A DNA stretch of 35,126 bases from a virus: the IMG/VR virus record IMGVR_UViG_3300045988_060248; one strand, given 5' to 3'. Shown here one piece after another: positions 7,063-13,482 of the stretch. Numbering within the stretch: position 1 is the stretch's first letter; each line of letters begins with the position of its first letter. A model generated the notes under the pieces. It saw only the letters and a list, made by a program, of their open reading frames with translations. It did no database searches and was not told where the DNA came from. A program made the translations under genes and the position numbers.

Positions 7063-7107
7063 GCTCTATGCTCCTTTCTTTTGGGCGACGTTGCCGCCGC
7101 CCTTTCC

Positions 7108-7731
7108 TCATTTTTCTGCTACAGCCTCTGGCTTACAAAGAATGTGCATACACAAAAGCCCCTTTATAGCTGTTGGTAAATCATACGGTATAATTTTTTC
7201 TTCATTGCACTGGTCGAACATTGCGTTTATTCCTGCTATTTGCCATTCTTCTACGTCATTCTCTCCACTTTTCAAAAATTCCGCTGCGTCCCGTGCCTCT
7301 CTTATGCAATCTTTCATAACTCTTGCGTTATTGTCGTGTACGCTTACTCTAAATTGCAGTTTATCCGGCTCTTTCTTTCGCTGCTCTTCAAACTCTGCCG
7401 CTTCTCTCTTCTCTGCATCCTCTTCGTTAAGCATCTCGTCAGCGAACCAATAAACCAGCTTATATAGCCTCTTTATTGCTTTCTTTCGGTTTTCGCTTAA
7501 TTCTACTTTTTCCTCTGCCTTGTCTGAATAGATACGGCTTTTGCTGTACTCTGTACTCCAAAACTCTGTTACGCCGTTCTCTGTTCTCTCGTAAAATATC
7601 CCGCTACCGTCCTTGCATACATACTGCTTATGAATGACGTTATTTTCCATGCTTGATGTTTCTTCGTATTCTTTCCCGTACAATACTGCCGCTTTTGCTG
7701 CCTCATACTCTTCAAATTTCACTCTTTCCAT
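7108..7731 (-). CDS. Hypothetical protein (207 aa, acidic, coiled-coil segment)
   Basis: Start moved to MERVKFEEY (ATG 7729-7731, RBS AAGAGAGG), because the ORF-track start (GTG 7791) lies inside a terminator hairpin. Confidence 0.55.
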   Translation of the reverse strand: MERVKFEEYEAAKAAVLYGKEYEETSSMENNVIHKQYVCKDGSGIFYERTENGVTEFWSTEYSKSRIYSDKAEEKVELSENRKKAIKRLYKLVYWFADEMLNEEDAEKREAAEFEEQRKKEPDKLQFRVSVHDNNARVMKDCIREARDAAEFLKSGENDVEEWQIAGINAMFDQCNEEKIIPYDLPTAIKGLLCMHILCKPEAVAEK

Positions 7732-7753
7732 TCTCCGTACCTCTCTTTCGTTG

Positions 7754-7794
7754 TAAAAAAATAAGCGTGTCAGAGTTTTTACGCTCTGCACGCT
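7754..7794 (-). terminator. Rho-independent terminator (minus strand)
   Basis: Minus strand reads AGCGTGCAGAG-CGTAAAAA-CTCTG(A)CACGCT (11 bp with one bulge), followed by TATTTTTTTA. Confidence 0.6.
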
Positions 7795-7816
7795 CTTCTT
7801 TTCTGCTGTTTCCTAT

Positions 7817-7861
7817 AAAAAAAGAAAATCGGCAGAGGCTTTATAACCTCTTGTCGATTTT
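7817..7861 (-). terminator. Rho-independent (potentially bidirectional) terminator
   Basis: Minus strand reads AAAATCG-ACA-AGAGG-TTATAAAG-CCTCT-GC-CGATTTT, followed by CTTTTTTTA. The plus strand has an A-run before the stem and TTTTCATT after it. Confidence 0.5.
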
Positions 7862-7862
7862 C

Positions 7863-7891
7863 ATTCTAAAACTTATCAGTAAAAATGTCAA
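7863..7891 (-). promoter_or_regulatory. Near-consensus promoter (minus strand)
   Basis: TTGACA (7886-7891), a 17-nt spacer, then TAGAAT (7863-7868), read on the minus strand. Confidence 0.5.
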
Positions 7892-8036
7892 CATTAAATT
7901 CGACATTTTTTCATGTTTTTATCTTTTTGCCATTTTGCACAATACGCAGCCTGTTTTATTGTAGATTTTCACTTTTAGGCAGCGCAATAGTAAGGCTGCC
8001 ACTTCTGCCAGCCTCTCACGCCCCCTATTTCCGTTC

Positions 8037-9098
8037 TTATGCAAGCTGCTTTACCTCTTCCTCGAATAGTTCCCCTGCTGAATGATAGCCATGTATTTTG
8101 CGTGGGTATCCGTTTATCCAGTTCTCTATACTCTCTACCTCTTCCTCTGTCCTGTCGTCAAAATTTGTGCCTTTCGGTATCTTCCGGCGTATCATCTTAT
8201 TTGTTACCTCATTTGTGCCACGCTCCCAACTGCTGTATGGGTGGCAGTAATATACCTTTGTCCGTTTCTCTCCCTCGTTGATAATAGAACGCTGTAAGCC
8301 CTCTGCGTCTGCAAACTCACTGCCGTTGTCTACCGTGATTGTCTTAAATACCCGCTTAAACATTTCAGCGCCCCATTTTCTTTCTAATCTGTCCAGTGCC
8401 GCTACTACTGCCTCGTCTGTATGGTCTGGCAGCTTAAATATAATCTCGTTTCTGGTTTTCCGCTCTGTCAGTACCAGCAACGTATTTTTTGACTTTCCCC
8501 GCTTACCTAAAACGCTGTCCATTTCCCAGTTGCCAAACTCTTCCCGTGTATCTATCTCTTTCGGGCGTTTGTCTATACTCTCTCCTGCTGCCGCCCTTTT
8601 CTGCTGCCTCTGTACTTTCTTATAATTTCTCTTCTTATTCTTCTTTACTGGCAAATTCTTATTAGACAGCTTAAGGAAAATACCCTTGTCAATGTAGCTG
8701 TATAAAGTCGTTACGCATACTGTTACGGAAAAGTCCCCCTCTTTCCCCTGTGCTTTCAATTCTCCCAGTACCGCAGCTGGGCTGTAATCTTCATTTACTA
8801 TTTTATCCTCTATATAATTTGCGTATGCAATATCGTTGCCTATTTTAAGCTGTGTACCCCTTGCCTTTAAGTTTTCCTCTGCTTTCATTTGTGCCTTGTT
8901 TGGGCTATAACTTAATGTTTCTGTATAGTCGCTATTTCTGTGCATATATTCCCCTCGCTTAAGCTCATTGTATATAGTGCTGCGGTGTACTCCCAGCTGT
9001 TCTGCTATCTCTATCACGCTATGCCCTGCTTTTTTCAATGCCTCAATACTTATACGGTCTGTCCATGTCAGCTGTCGGCTGCCTTTCTTATTCGCCAT
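8037..9098 (-). CDS. IS30-family DDE transposase/integrase (353 aa)
   Basis: N-terminal HTH (ISIEALKKAGHSVIEIAEQLGVHRSTIYNELKRG). The DDE region (WEMDSV...ITVDNGSEF...YYCHPYSSWERGTNE) is typical of IS30. No terminal inverted repeats could be found by eye. Confidence 0.85.
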   Translation of the reverse strand: MANKKGSRQLTWTDRISIEALKKAGHSVIEIAEQLGVHRSTIYNELKRGEYMHRNSDYTETLSYSPNKAQMKAEENLKARGTQLKIGNDIAYANYIEDKIVNEDYSPAAVLGELKAQGKEGDFSVTVCVTTLYSYIDKGIFLKLSNKNLPVKKNKKRNYKKVQRQQKRAAAGESIDKRPKEIDTREEFGNWEMDSVLGKRGKSKNTLLVLTERKTRNEIIFKLPDHTDEAVVAALDRLERKWGAEMFKRVFKTITVDNGSEFADAEGLQRSIINEGEKRTKVYYCHPYSSWERGTNEVTNKMIRRKIPKGTNFDDRTEEEVESIENWINGYPRKIHGYHSAGELFEEEVKQLA

Positions 9099-9142
9099 TT
9101 CTGCTACCCCTCTTTTGTTCCTGTTCTTTCCCCATATACGAC

Positions 9143-9177
9143 GAAAAGCCGCAAACTCTTTTGCAAGTCTGCGGCTT
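9143..9177 (-). terminator. Rho-independent terminator after the HIRAN gene
   Basis: Minus strand reads AAGCCGCAGACT-TGCAAAAG-AGTTTGCGGCTT (12 bp with one G-U), running into TTTTCG. Confidence 0.55.
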
Positions 9178-9187
9178 ATGCCTTTAC

Positions 9188-9871
9188 CTATTTACAACAC
9201 TTTTTACAAGCGGTGTATTTCTTCTTTGCTTGGCTTAGCGGTATTCTCTTTGGGTTTTTCATTCCCGAACAGTTAGGCTTACTATGGTATTTTTTGTTGC
9301 TACGATCTACATATACTGTAGTTTCTCCCGTATGCTGGCTTACGATGGGTGTTTCATCCTCGATTACGTCAAGCTCTATATTGCATCCGAACGTCTGTAC
9401 CCCCCCCCCAGAAATTTCCAGTATTTCTGCGGTGTAGCGGGCTTTCGGGTACTTTCTCGCCAAGTCCCCCGCCAGCTCTGCCGATAGATTGCCTATTACC
9501 TTATCGCCCCACTTTACGTATGCGGCAGGCTCTCCGTTGTATGTATACTTTTCTACTGTAATATCTTCACTGCCGGACATTCTGCTTAAAATATCCTGCC
9601 TGTTTTCTCCGTCCTCATTATTGAACGTCACGCCTACTACTTTCGTTCTGATTGTATCTAAAACTCTGCCACCAGCTACAGCGGCAGGCGCTGGCGTTCT
9701 GTCTCCGTTCTCTTTTCCTGCGCTTTTCTTTTTCAATCCAAAATAGACGCATACTACCGCAACCACAATGCAGCCACCACCACCTGTTATATTTCCAGAC
9801 GGCAGCGCCGTTAAACCGCTTACTGCAAATAGTGCAGCCACCACCAATAAAATTACCTGTTTCTTTGTCAT
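9188..9871 (-). CDS. Membrane-anchored HIRAN-like domain protein with C-terminal Cys motif
   Basis: Two N-terminal TM helices (VILLVVAALFAVSGL, CIVVAVVCVYFGL). The HIRAN-like core is TKVVGVTFNNEDGENRQDIL...GEPAAYVKWGDKVIGNLSAELAGDLARKY. The C-terminus is YHSKPNCSGM....LSQAKKKYTACKKCC. Confidence 0.5.
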   Translation of the reverse strand: MTKKQVILLVVAALFAVSGLTALPSGNITGGGGCIVVAVVCVYFGLKKKSAGKENGDRTPAPAAVAGGRVLDTIRTKVVGVTFNNEDGENRQDILSRMSGSEDITVEKYTYNGEPAAYVKWGDKVIGNLSAELAGDLARKYPKARYTAEILEISGGGVQTFGCNIELDVIEDETPIVSQHTGETTVYVDRSNKKYHSKPNCSGMKNPKRIPLSQAKKKYTACKKCCK

Positions 9872-9892
9872 AGTAAGCCCTCGCTTTCGTTT

Positions 9893-10090
9893 CTACTTCA
9901 ATTCTAAAATTTCATCAGCAGAGGCGTTAAGCTCTCTGCAAATTTTCGCAAACGCTGGCACGCTAGGCGTTCTTTCTCCGTTTTCCCAGCGGCTTATATC
10001 TTTCGGGTAAACTTGCAGGCGCTCTGCAAGTTCCTTTTGCGTCACGCCTGCCGCTTTTCGTGCTTTCCTTATGTTCTCGCCTAAATTCAT
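9893..10090 (-). CDS. XRE-family (Cro/CI-type) HTH transcriptional regulator, 65 aa
   Basis: NIRKARKAAGVTQKELAERLQVYPKDISRWENGERTPSVPAFAKICRELNASADEIL is a canonical HTH_3 pattern. RBS is AGAGAGG. Confidence 0.85.
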   Translation of the reverse strand: MNLGENIRKARKAAGVTQKELAERLQVYPKDISRWENGERTPSVPAFAKICRELNASADEILELK

Positions 10091-10185
10091 GCCTTACCTC
10101 TCTTTTCTTTCGCTCTCAAAATGAAAGCAATAAGTAGCTTTACAAGTCCTACTGCTACTAAAAATACTCCTAATTTCAAAAGCAT
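10087..10185 (-). CDS. Micro-ORF, 32-aa single-TM peptide (below the ORF-track cutoff)
   Basis: Hand translation gives MLLKLGVFLVAVGLVKLLIAFILRAKEKRGKA. Its TGA overlaps the XRE ATG (ATGA). The RBS is weak. Confidence 0.3.
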   Translation of the reverse strand: MLLKLGVFLVAVGLVKLLIAFILRAKEKRGKA

Positions 10186-10267
10186 ACTCTTTACTCGGCT
10201 GTGGGTTTGTGTTATATTTCTTATAGGCGGCGGGCTTATCGCCCGCCTGTCGGTTAGGGCTTTCGCC

Positions 10268-10387
10268 CTAACCTATGTACTTACCAATTATGATAAGTAT
10301 TATGCCTATGATTAAGTCTATCAATGCGTTGATTGTCAGGTCTCGCCATTCGATAGGCTTTTTCTTTTGTTTCTTTTTCTTACCCAT
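10268..10387 (-). CDS. Micro-ORF, 39-aa single-TM peptide (below the ORF-track cutoff)
   Basis: Hand translation gives MGKKKKQKKKPIEWRDLTINALIDLIIGIILIIIGKYIG. A strong RBS, AAGGAG, lies 10 nt upstream. It is the first ORF after the consensus promoter. Confidence 0.5.
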   Translation of the reverse strand: MGKKKKQKKKPIEWRDLTINALIDLIIGIILIIIGKYIG

Positions 10388-10451
10388 TGTGCCGTTTCTC
10401 CTTTCCAGTGGCTTTGCCTCTTATTTGTTCTTATCTCCTTTCCATGATTTA

Positions 10452-10480
10452 ATTATATACCCATTTGGGTAACTTGTCAA
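10452..10480 (-). promoter_or_regulatory. Perfect-consensus promoter with an embedded 6-2-6 inverted-repeat operator
   Basis: Minus strand reads TTGACA (10475-10480), a 17-nt spacer, then TATAAT (10452-10457). The spacer contains TACCCA-AA-TGGGTA (10458-10471). Confidence 0.7.
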
Positions 10481-10512
10481 CGCTTTTATGCAGAAAATAC
10501 TATAAAATATGC

Positions 10513-10549
10513 AAAAAAATAGAGGGCAGACAGCGAACCGCCAACCCTC
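10513..10549 (-). terminator. Terminator after the endolysin gene (end of the late operon)
   Basis: Minus strand reads GAGGGT...GCCCTC as a hairpin, followed by TATTTTTTTG. Confidence 0.5.
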
Positions 10550-10555
10550 GAAAAC

Positions 10556-11965
10556 TTAAGCTAATCTTGTGGCATAATCTAAGCTAATCCAGCCTGCGCC
10601 ACTCTTTAAGCGTCCCCAGCCAGCACTTGCGCCCTGTCCGGCTTTCACTTCCACAATGGTAAATACTCCCTTTCCTGTTTTTTCTCCCGTCTTTGCATAG
10701 TTTGTGCCTGCTCCCGTTCTGATATTAAGGTCTAAAATATCTACCTGTACGCTAAACGGAACGTCTGCGCTTGCCTGCTGCCCTGCTGTGGTATATACCG
10801 CTTTGCCGTTATCATCATATACGGTATAGCCCGCCTTACAAGCACTCTTTGCATTTTCCAGCGACGTAAACGCCCCCAGCTGGCTTGCTGCGTCCATCCA
10901 GCTCTTGCGCACTCTGTAATACTTTGTATTGTTTCCTGCTGCATACTTTTTATAGTATCCCTCGCCGTACTCTGCACGCTTTTTCTTTACTGTTTCGCTC
11001 TGGTCTGCTGGCTTTTCGTATCCAGTAAGAACGGCATCAGATGCAGCACGCACGCTGCCCGCCTTTTTCAGTGCGTCCATTACTGCTGTGTATCCCTGCA
11101 ATTCTTCCCATAAAAAGCCCAGCTGCATATTAAGGTCTGCAATGGATACGCCCGCCTGTTTTGCATGATTAAGCAGCGCCTGCTTTCTGCTCCAATACGT
11201 CCACTGCGCCAGCCCATAGCCTGCACTGTCCTTTACAAAATTGCCATAGCTGCCATTTTCCACCGCTGCTGTATATTCTGCGTCCGTCTTACCCAGCTTA
11301 TTGTTATAGGTGTTCTGTAAGTTGTTCGGCATAAGCCCGCTTTCAGCGTACAGATTACCCATAATACCAGCCACGGCATAAGCATTTAAGCCCTTGCCTG
11401 TAAGAAAATTCCAGATTGTTTTTTCATTGCCGCCCTGCGGTGTTTCTGCCTGCCCGCTGATTTTACGTTTAAACTCGTCCCATGTGTGGGCGCTGGTGTT
11501 GTATACATACGGGTTAGGGCAAATCTTGCCCGTTACGTCGTAATGTCTGATTACACGAGATGCAGGCACGCCATATTTATTCATAAGGTAACGGGTAAGC
11601 TCTGCCGCTGCCTCTACTGTTGCGTCCTCAAAATACCAGTCTTTATCTGTTGCGCCCATGCTCTTTGTGTTTTTCTTCCTTACGCACATTTCAATACCGA
11701 TACTATTAGCGTTTCGGCACTCTGCGTGCTTATAGCTCGACGCTCCGCAATGCCACGCTATATTAGCGTCCTCTACGCACTGCCATACCTCGCCGTTAAA
11801 TCCTACAAAGTAATGCGCCGACGCATTTCTATTGCCGCCGCCATAATATCGGCAGTTATCCTCTGCGCCGCCCAGTGCGCCTACGTAATGGATAACGATA
11901 TATTTAATTCTGGAAATGCTGCCCTTGTTGAAATTGTACCCGCTTATCATTCTGTTAATTTTCAT
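10556..11965 (-). CDS. Multidomain endolysin: N-acetylmuramoyl-L-alanine amidase + phage-lysozyme2-like + SPOR-like + SH3b
   Basis: Amidase_2 (IVIHYVG..SAHYFVG..AWHCG..RHYDVTGKICP). Lysozyme2-like (GIMGNLYAESGL..YGLAQWTYWSRK). SPOR-like (YYRVRKSW..LGAFTSLENAKSACKAGYTVY). SH3b (LNIRTGAGTNY...GWGRLKSGAGWISLDY). ATG at 11963-11965 is preferred over TTG at 12013. Confidence 0.85.
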   Translation of the reverse strand: MKINRMISGYNFNKGSISRIKYIVIHYVGALGGAEDNCRYYGGGNRNASAHYFVGFNGEVWQCVEDANIAWHCGASSYKHAECRNANSIGIEMCVRKKNTKSMGATDKDWYFEDATVEAAAELTRYLMNKYGVPASRVIRHYDVTGKICPNPYVYNTSAHTWDEFKRKISGQAETPQGGNEKTIWNFLTGKGLNAYAVAGIMGNLYAESGLMPNNLQNTYNNKLGKTDAEYTAAVENGSYGNFVKDSAGYGLAQWTYWSRKQALLNHAKQAGVSIADLNMQLGFLWEELQGYTAVMDALKKAGSVRAASDAVLTGYEKPADQSETVKKKRAEYGEGYYKKYAAGNNTKYYRVRKSWMDAASQLGAFTSLENAKSACKAGYTVYDDNGKAVYTTAGQQASADVPFSVQVDILDLNIRTGAGTNYAKTGEKTGKGVFTIVEVKAGQGASAGWGRLKSGAGWISLDYATRLA

Positions 11966-12043
11966 GTTTCCCGCCTTTCCGCATACAAAATAAGCGCCTG
12001 CGGTGTCCCGCAAGCGCTCTTTGCTGCTATGTCCTTATTATCC

Positions 12044-12532
12044 TTATCTTTCCTGTGTCCTGTGTTCCTCTACGCTACCTGTGGTGCTGTCCCCGTCCAG
12101 TTCGTCTGTGTCCGGCAGCTCGTCCGTATACTTTTCCAGAAATTCCCGTACTTTTTCCCATACCTTTTTTACAGGCAACCCGCATAATGCCATATTTTTA
12201 AAAATACTCACTACCTCATAAGCAATGTAAAGCAGTGCGAAAAATTCAGCTACGCCCACTGTATCAAGTCCTAAATATGTACGTGCCTGCTCTGGTATAA
12301 ATCCGATTAAGTTAATCTTAATCAGCACGTCGATTGCCAGCATGAATACCAGAGAAATAAGCATACCTACTTTTCTGATAGCCCCGTCAATGCCTGCGCA
12401 GCTGTTAAATTTTTTCTCTTTGATTGCCCGTAATACTCCAAAAACTGTATCGCACACAATCGCCAATACTACCAGCTGGATAATTTTGTTATGTGCCGCC
12501 GCCTCAATAAATTCTGTAATAGTCATGTTCAT
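12044..12532 (-). CDS. Holin (phage_holin_4_1 / TcdE-like)
   Basis: It has 3-4 TM segments with the motif VLAIVCDTVFGVLRAIKEKKFNS, and sits immediately upstream of the endolysin. Confidence 0.75.
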   Translation of the reverse strand: MNMTITEFIEAAAHNKIIQLVVLAIVCDTVFGVLRAIKEKKFNSCAGIDGAIRKVGMLISLVFMLAIDVLIKINLIGFIPEQARTYLGLDTVGVAEFFALLYIAYEVVSIFKNMALCGLPVKKVWEKVREFLEKYTDELPDTDELDGDSTTGSVEEHRTQER

Positions 12533-12708
12533 AAATCCTGCCTTTCTCTTAATTGCAAATTTTCTGCCCGCTCTTTCAGCTCTGCGCCGTCGTAGCCCAC
12601 TGTCTGCTCCCAGCTTTCCAGAGTGGCTATTAAATCAGCAATAAGCCTGCTTTGCTTTTCTATGGTTTCCTGTTGCTCCTGTACCACCCTTAATAAATTG
12701 CTACTCAT
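12529..12708 (-). CDS. Hypothetical coiled-coil protein (59 aa)
   Basis: ATG at 12706-12708 has the RBS AGGAG. The ORF-track GTG extension was rejected. Confidence 0.45.
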   Translation of the reverse strand: MSSNLLRVVQEQQETIEKQSRLIADLIATLESWEQTVGYDGAELKERAENLQLRERQDL

Positions 12709-12775
12709 GTACTCGCTCCTGCAAATTATAAAATACGCCCCTGCCAGCACTTACACTGTCAGAGGCGATTATACT

Positions 12776-12922
12776 TTACTCATTTGTATAATTGATTGTG
12801 TCGCCGTTCTCGTCAAGCCCTACGGCTGCCAGCTGCTCCTTTACAGCTTCTCTGTATCTCTTCGGCACTGTTTCAATCGTTCTTTTCCCTGCAATAATTA
12901 AAGCGCAATATAAATCTACCAT
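12776..12922 (-). CDS. Small XkdX/CD1375-like tail-fibre-adjacent protein, paralog 2
   Basis: MVDLYCALIIAGKRTIETVPKRYREAVKEQL parallels the upstream paralog. Start set at the internal ATG (12920-12922) by that homology; 12970 remains possible. Confidence 0.45.
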   Translation of the reverse strand: MVDLYCALIIAGKRTIETVPKRYREAVKEQLAAVGLDENGDTINYTNE

Positions 12923-12973
12923 TGTTCTGCATCCTTTCTTTGTGATAAATATTTTTAGAATTTCCAGCATTGA

Positions 12974-13075
12974 TTATGCCCCCAGCTCTTTTTTAACTGC
13001 TTCTCTGTACTTTTCCGGCACGTCGTCAAGTGTCTTTCTGCCTGCTTTTATCAATGCCACATAAAGCTGTACCAT
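12974..13075 (-). CDS. Small XkdX/CD1375-like tail-fibre-adjacent protein, paralog 1 (33 aa; below the ORF-track cutoff)
   Basis: Hand translation gives MVQLYVALIKAGRKTLDDVPEKYREAVKKELGA. Confidence 0.45.
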   Translation of the reverse strand: MVQLYVALIKAGRKTLDDVPEKYREAVKKELGA

Positions 13076-13089
13076 GTTCTCACCCCTTT

Positions 13090-13482
13090 CTATGATGTTG
13101 TTTTTATATTTGCTATTGCATCCATGATACTTTCGTATAAATCTGCAATCGCTCCCATAATAATAAGCTGGTTTTCTTCTCCTGTTATCTGCATTTCTGC
13201 ACTGTCTGCAATCGCTCCCATAACAACTAAATTTCTGTCTACAAGTTCCTGTTGTGCCATGCTTTCACATTCTTCCAGCTCTTTTTGGTACTGTTCGTAC
13301 TCTTTCGGTGTTAATATTGCCTCTTTATATGTCCATACCTTTACTGTGTTGCCGTCTGTCTGCTCTTTCGTTTCCTGCTTTATGTTTTTTCTTACATATA
13401 CGGCGTGTGGGCTTAATGTAGTGTCTAACTCTTTCGGCTTTTCCTGCTGTGTTCCCTCTGCGTTTCTCCAATTAAACTGCAT
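13090..13482 (-). CDS. Hypothetical acidic protein (130 aa), translationally coupled to the RT
   Basis: The ATG overlaps the RT 3' end by 11 nt. An internal 19-nt exact repeat (13142-13160 and 13205-13223) encodes MGAIAD twice. Confidence 0.5.
   Translation of the reverse strand: MQFNWRNAEGTQQEKPKELDTTLSPHAVYVRKNIKQETKEQTDGNTVKVWTYKEAILTPKEYEQYQKELEECESMAQQELVDRNLVVMGAIADSAEMQITGEENQLIIMGAIADLYESIMDAIANIKTTS

Noticed and set aside
7732-7791. N-terminal extensions given by the ORF track (also 1565-1603, 2595-2606, 5976-6002, 11966-12013, 12709-12750, 24474-24614, 24814-24822, 30442-30501, 34236-34304)
   Set aside because: They begin at GTG/TTG codons without RBSs. They overlap the upstream gene or a terminator hairpin, and each has a downstream in-frame start (ATG, or GTG at 24473 and 34235) with a good Shine-Dalgarno sequence.
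7961-7990. TGTAGATTTTCAC... resembling my recollection of the start of the E. coli IS30 inverted repeat (TGTAGATT...), as a possible right end of the IS
   Set aside because: No matching inverted copy exists in 9099-9187. The only other TGTAGAT (about 9306-9312, minus strand) is inside the HIRAN CDS and shares just 7 nt. This rests on memory of a distant family member.
10121-10315. Plus-strand 64-aa ORF in the repressor-upstream region, considered as a divergent cro/antirepressor-like gene
   Set aside because: No plus-strand promoter or RBS was seen. It is antisense to two minus-strand micro-ORFs that have RBS or coupling signals, and its sequence runs through the two GC hairpins.
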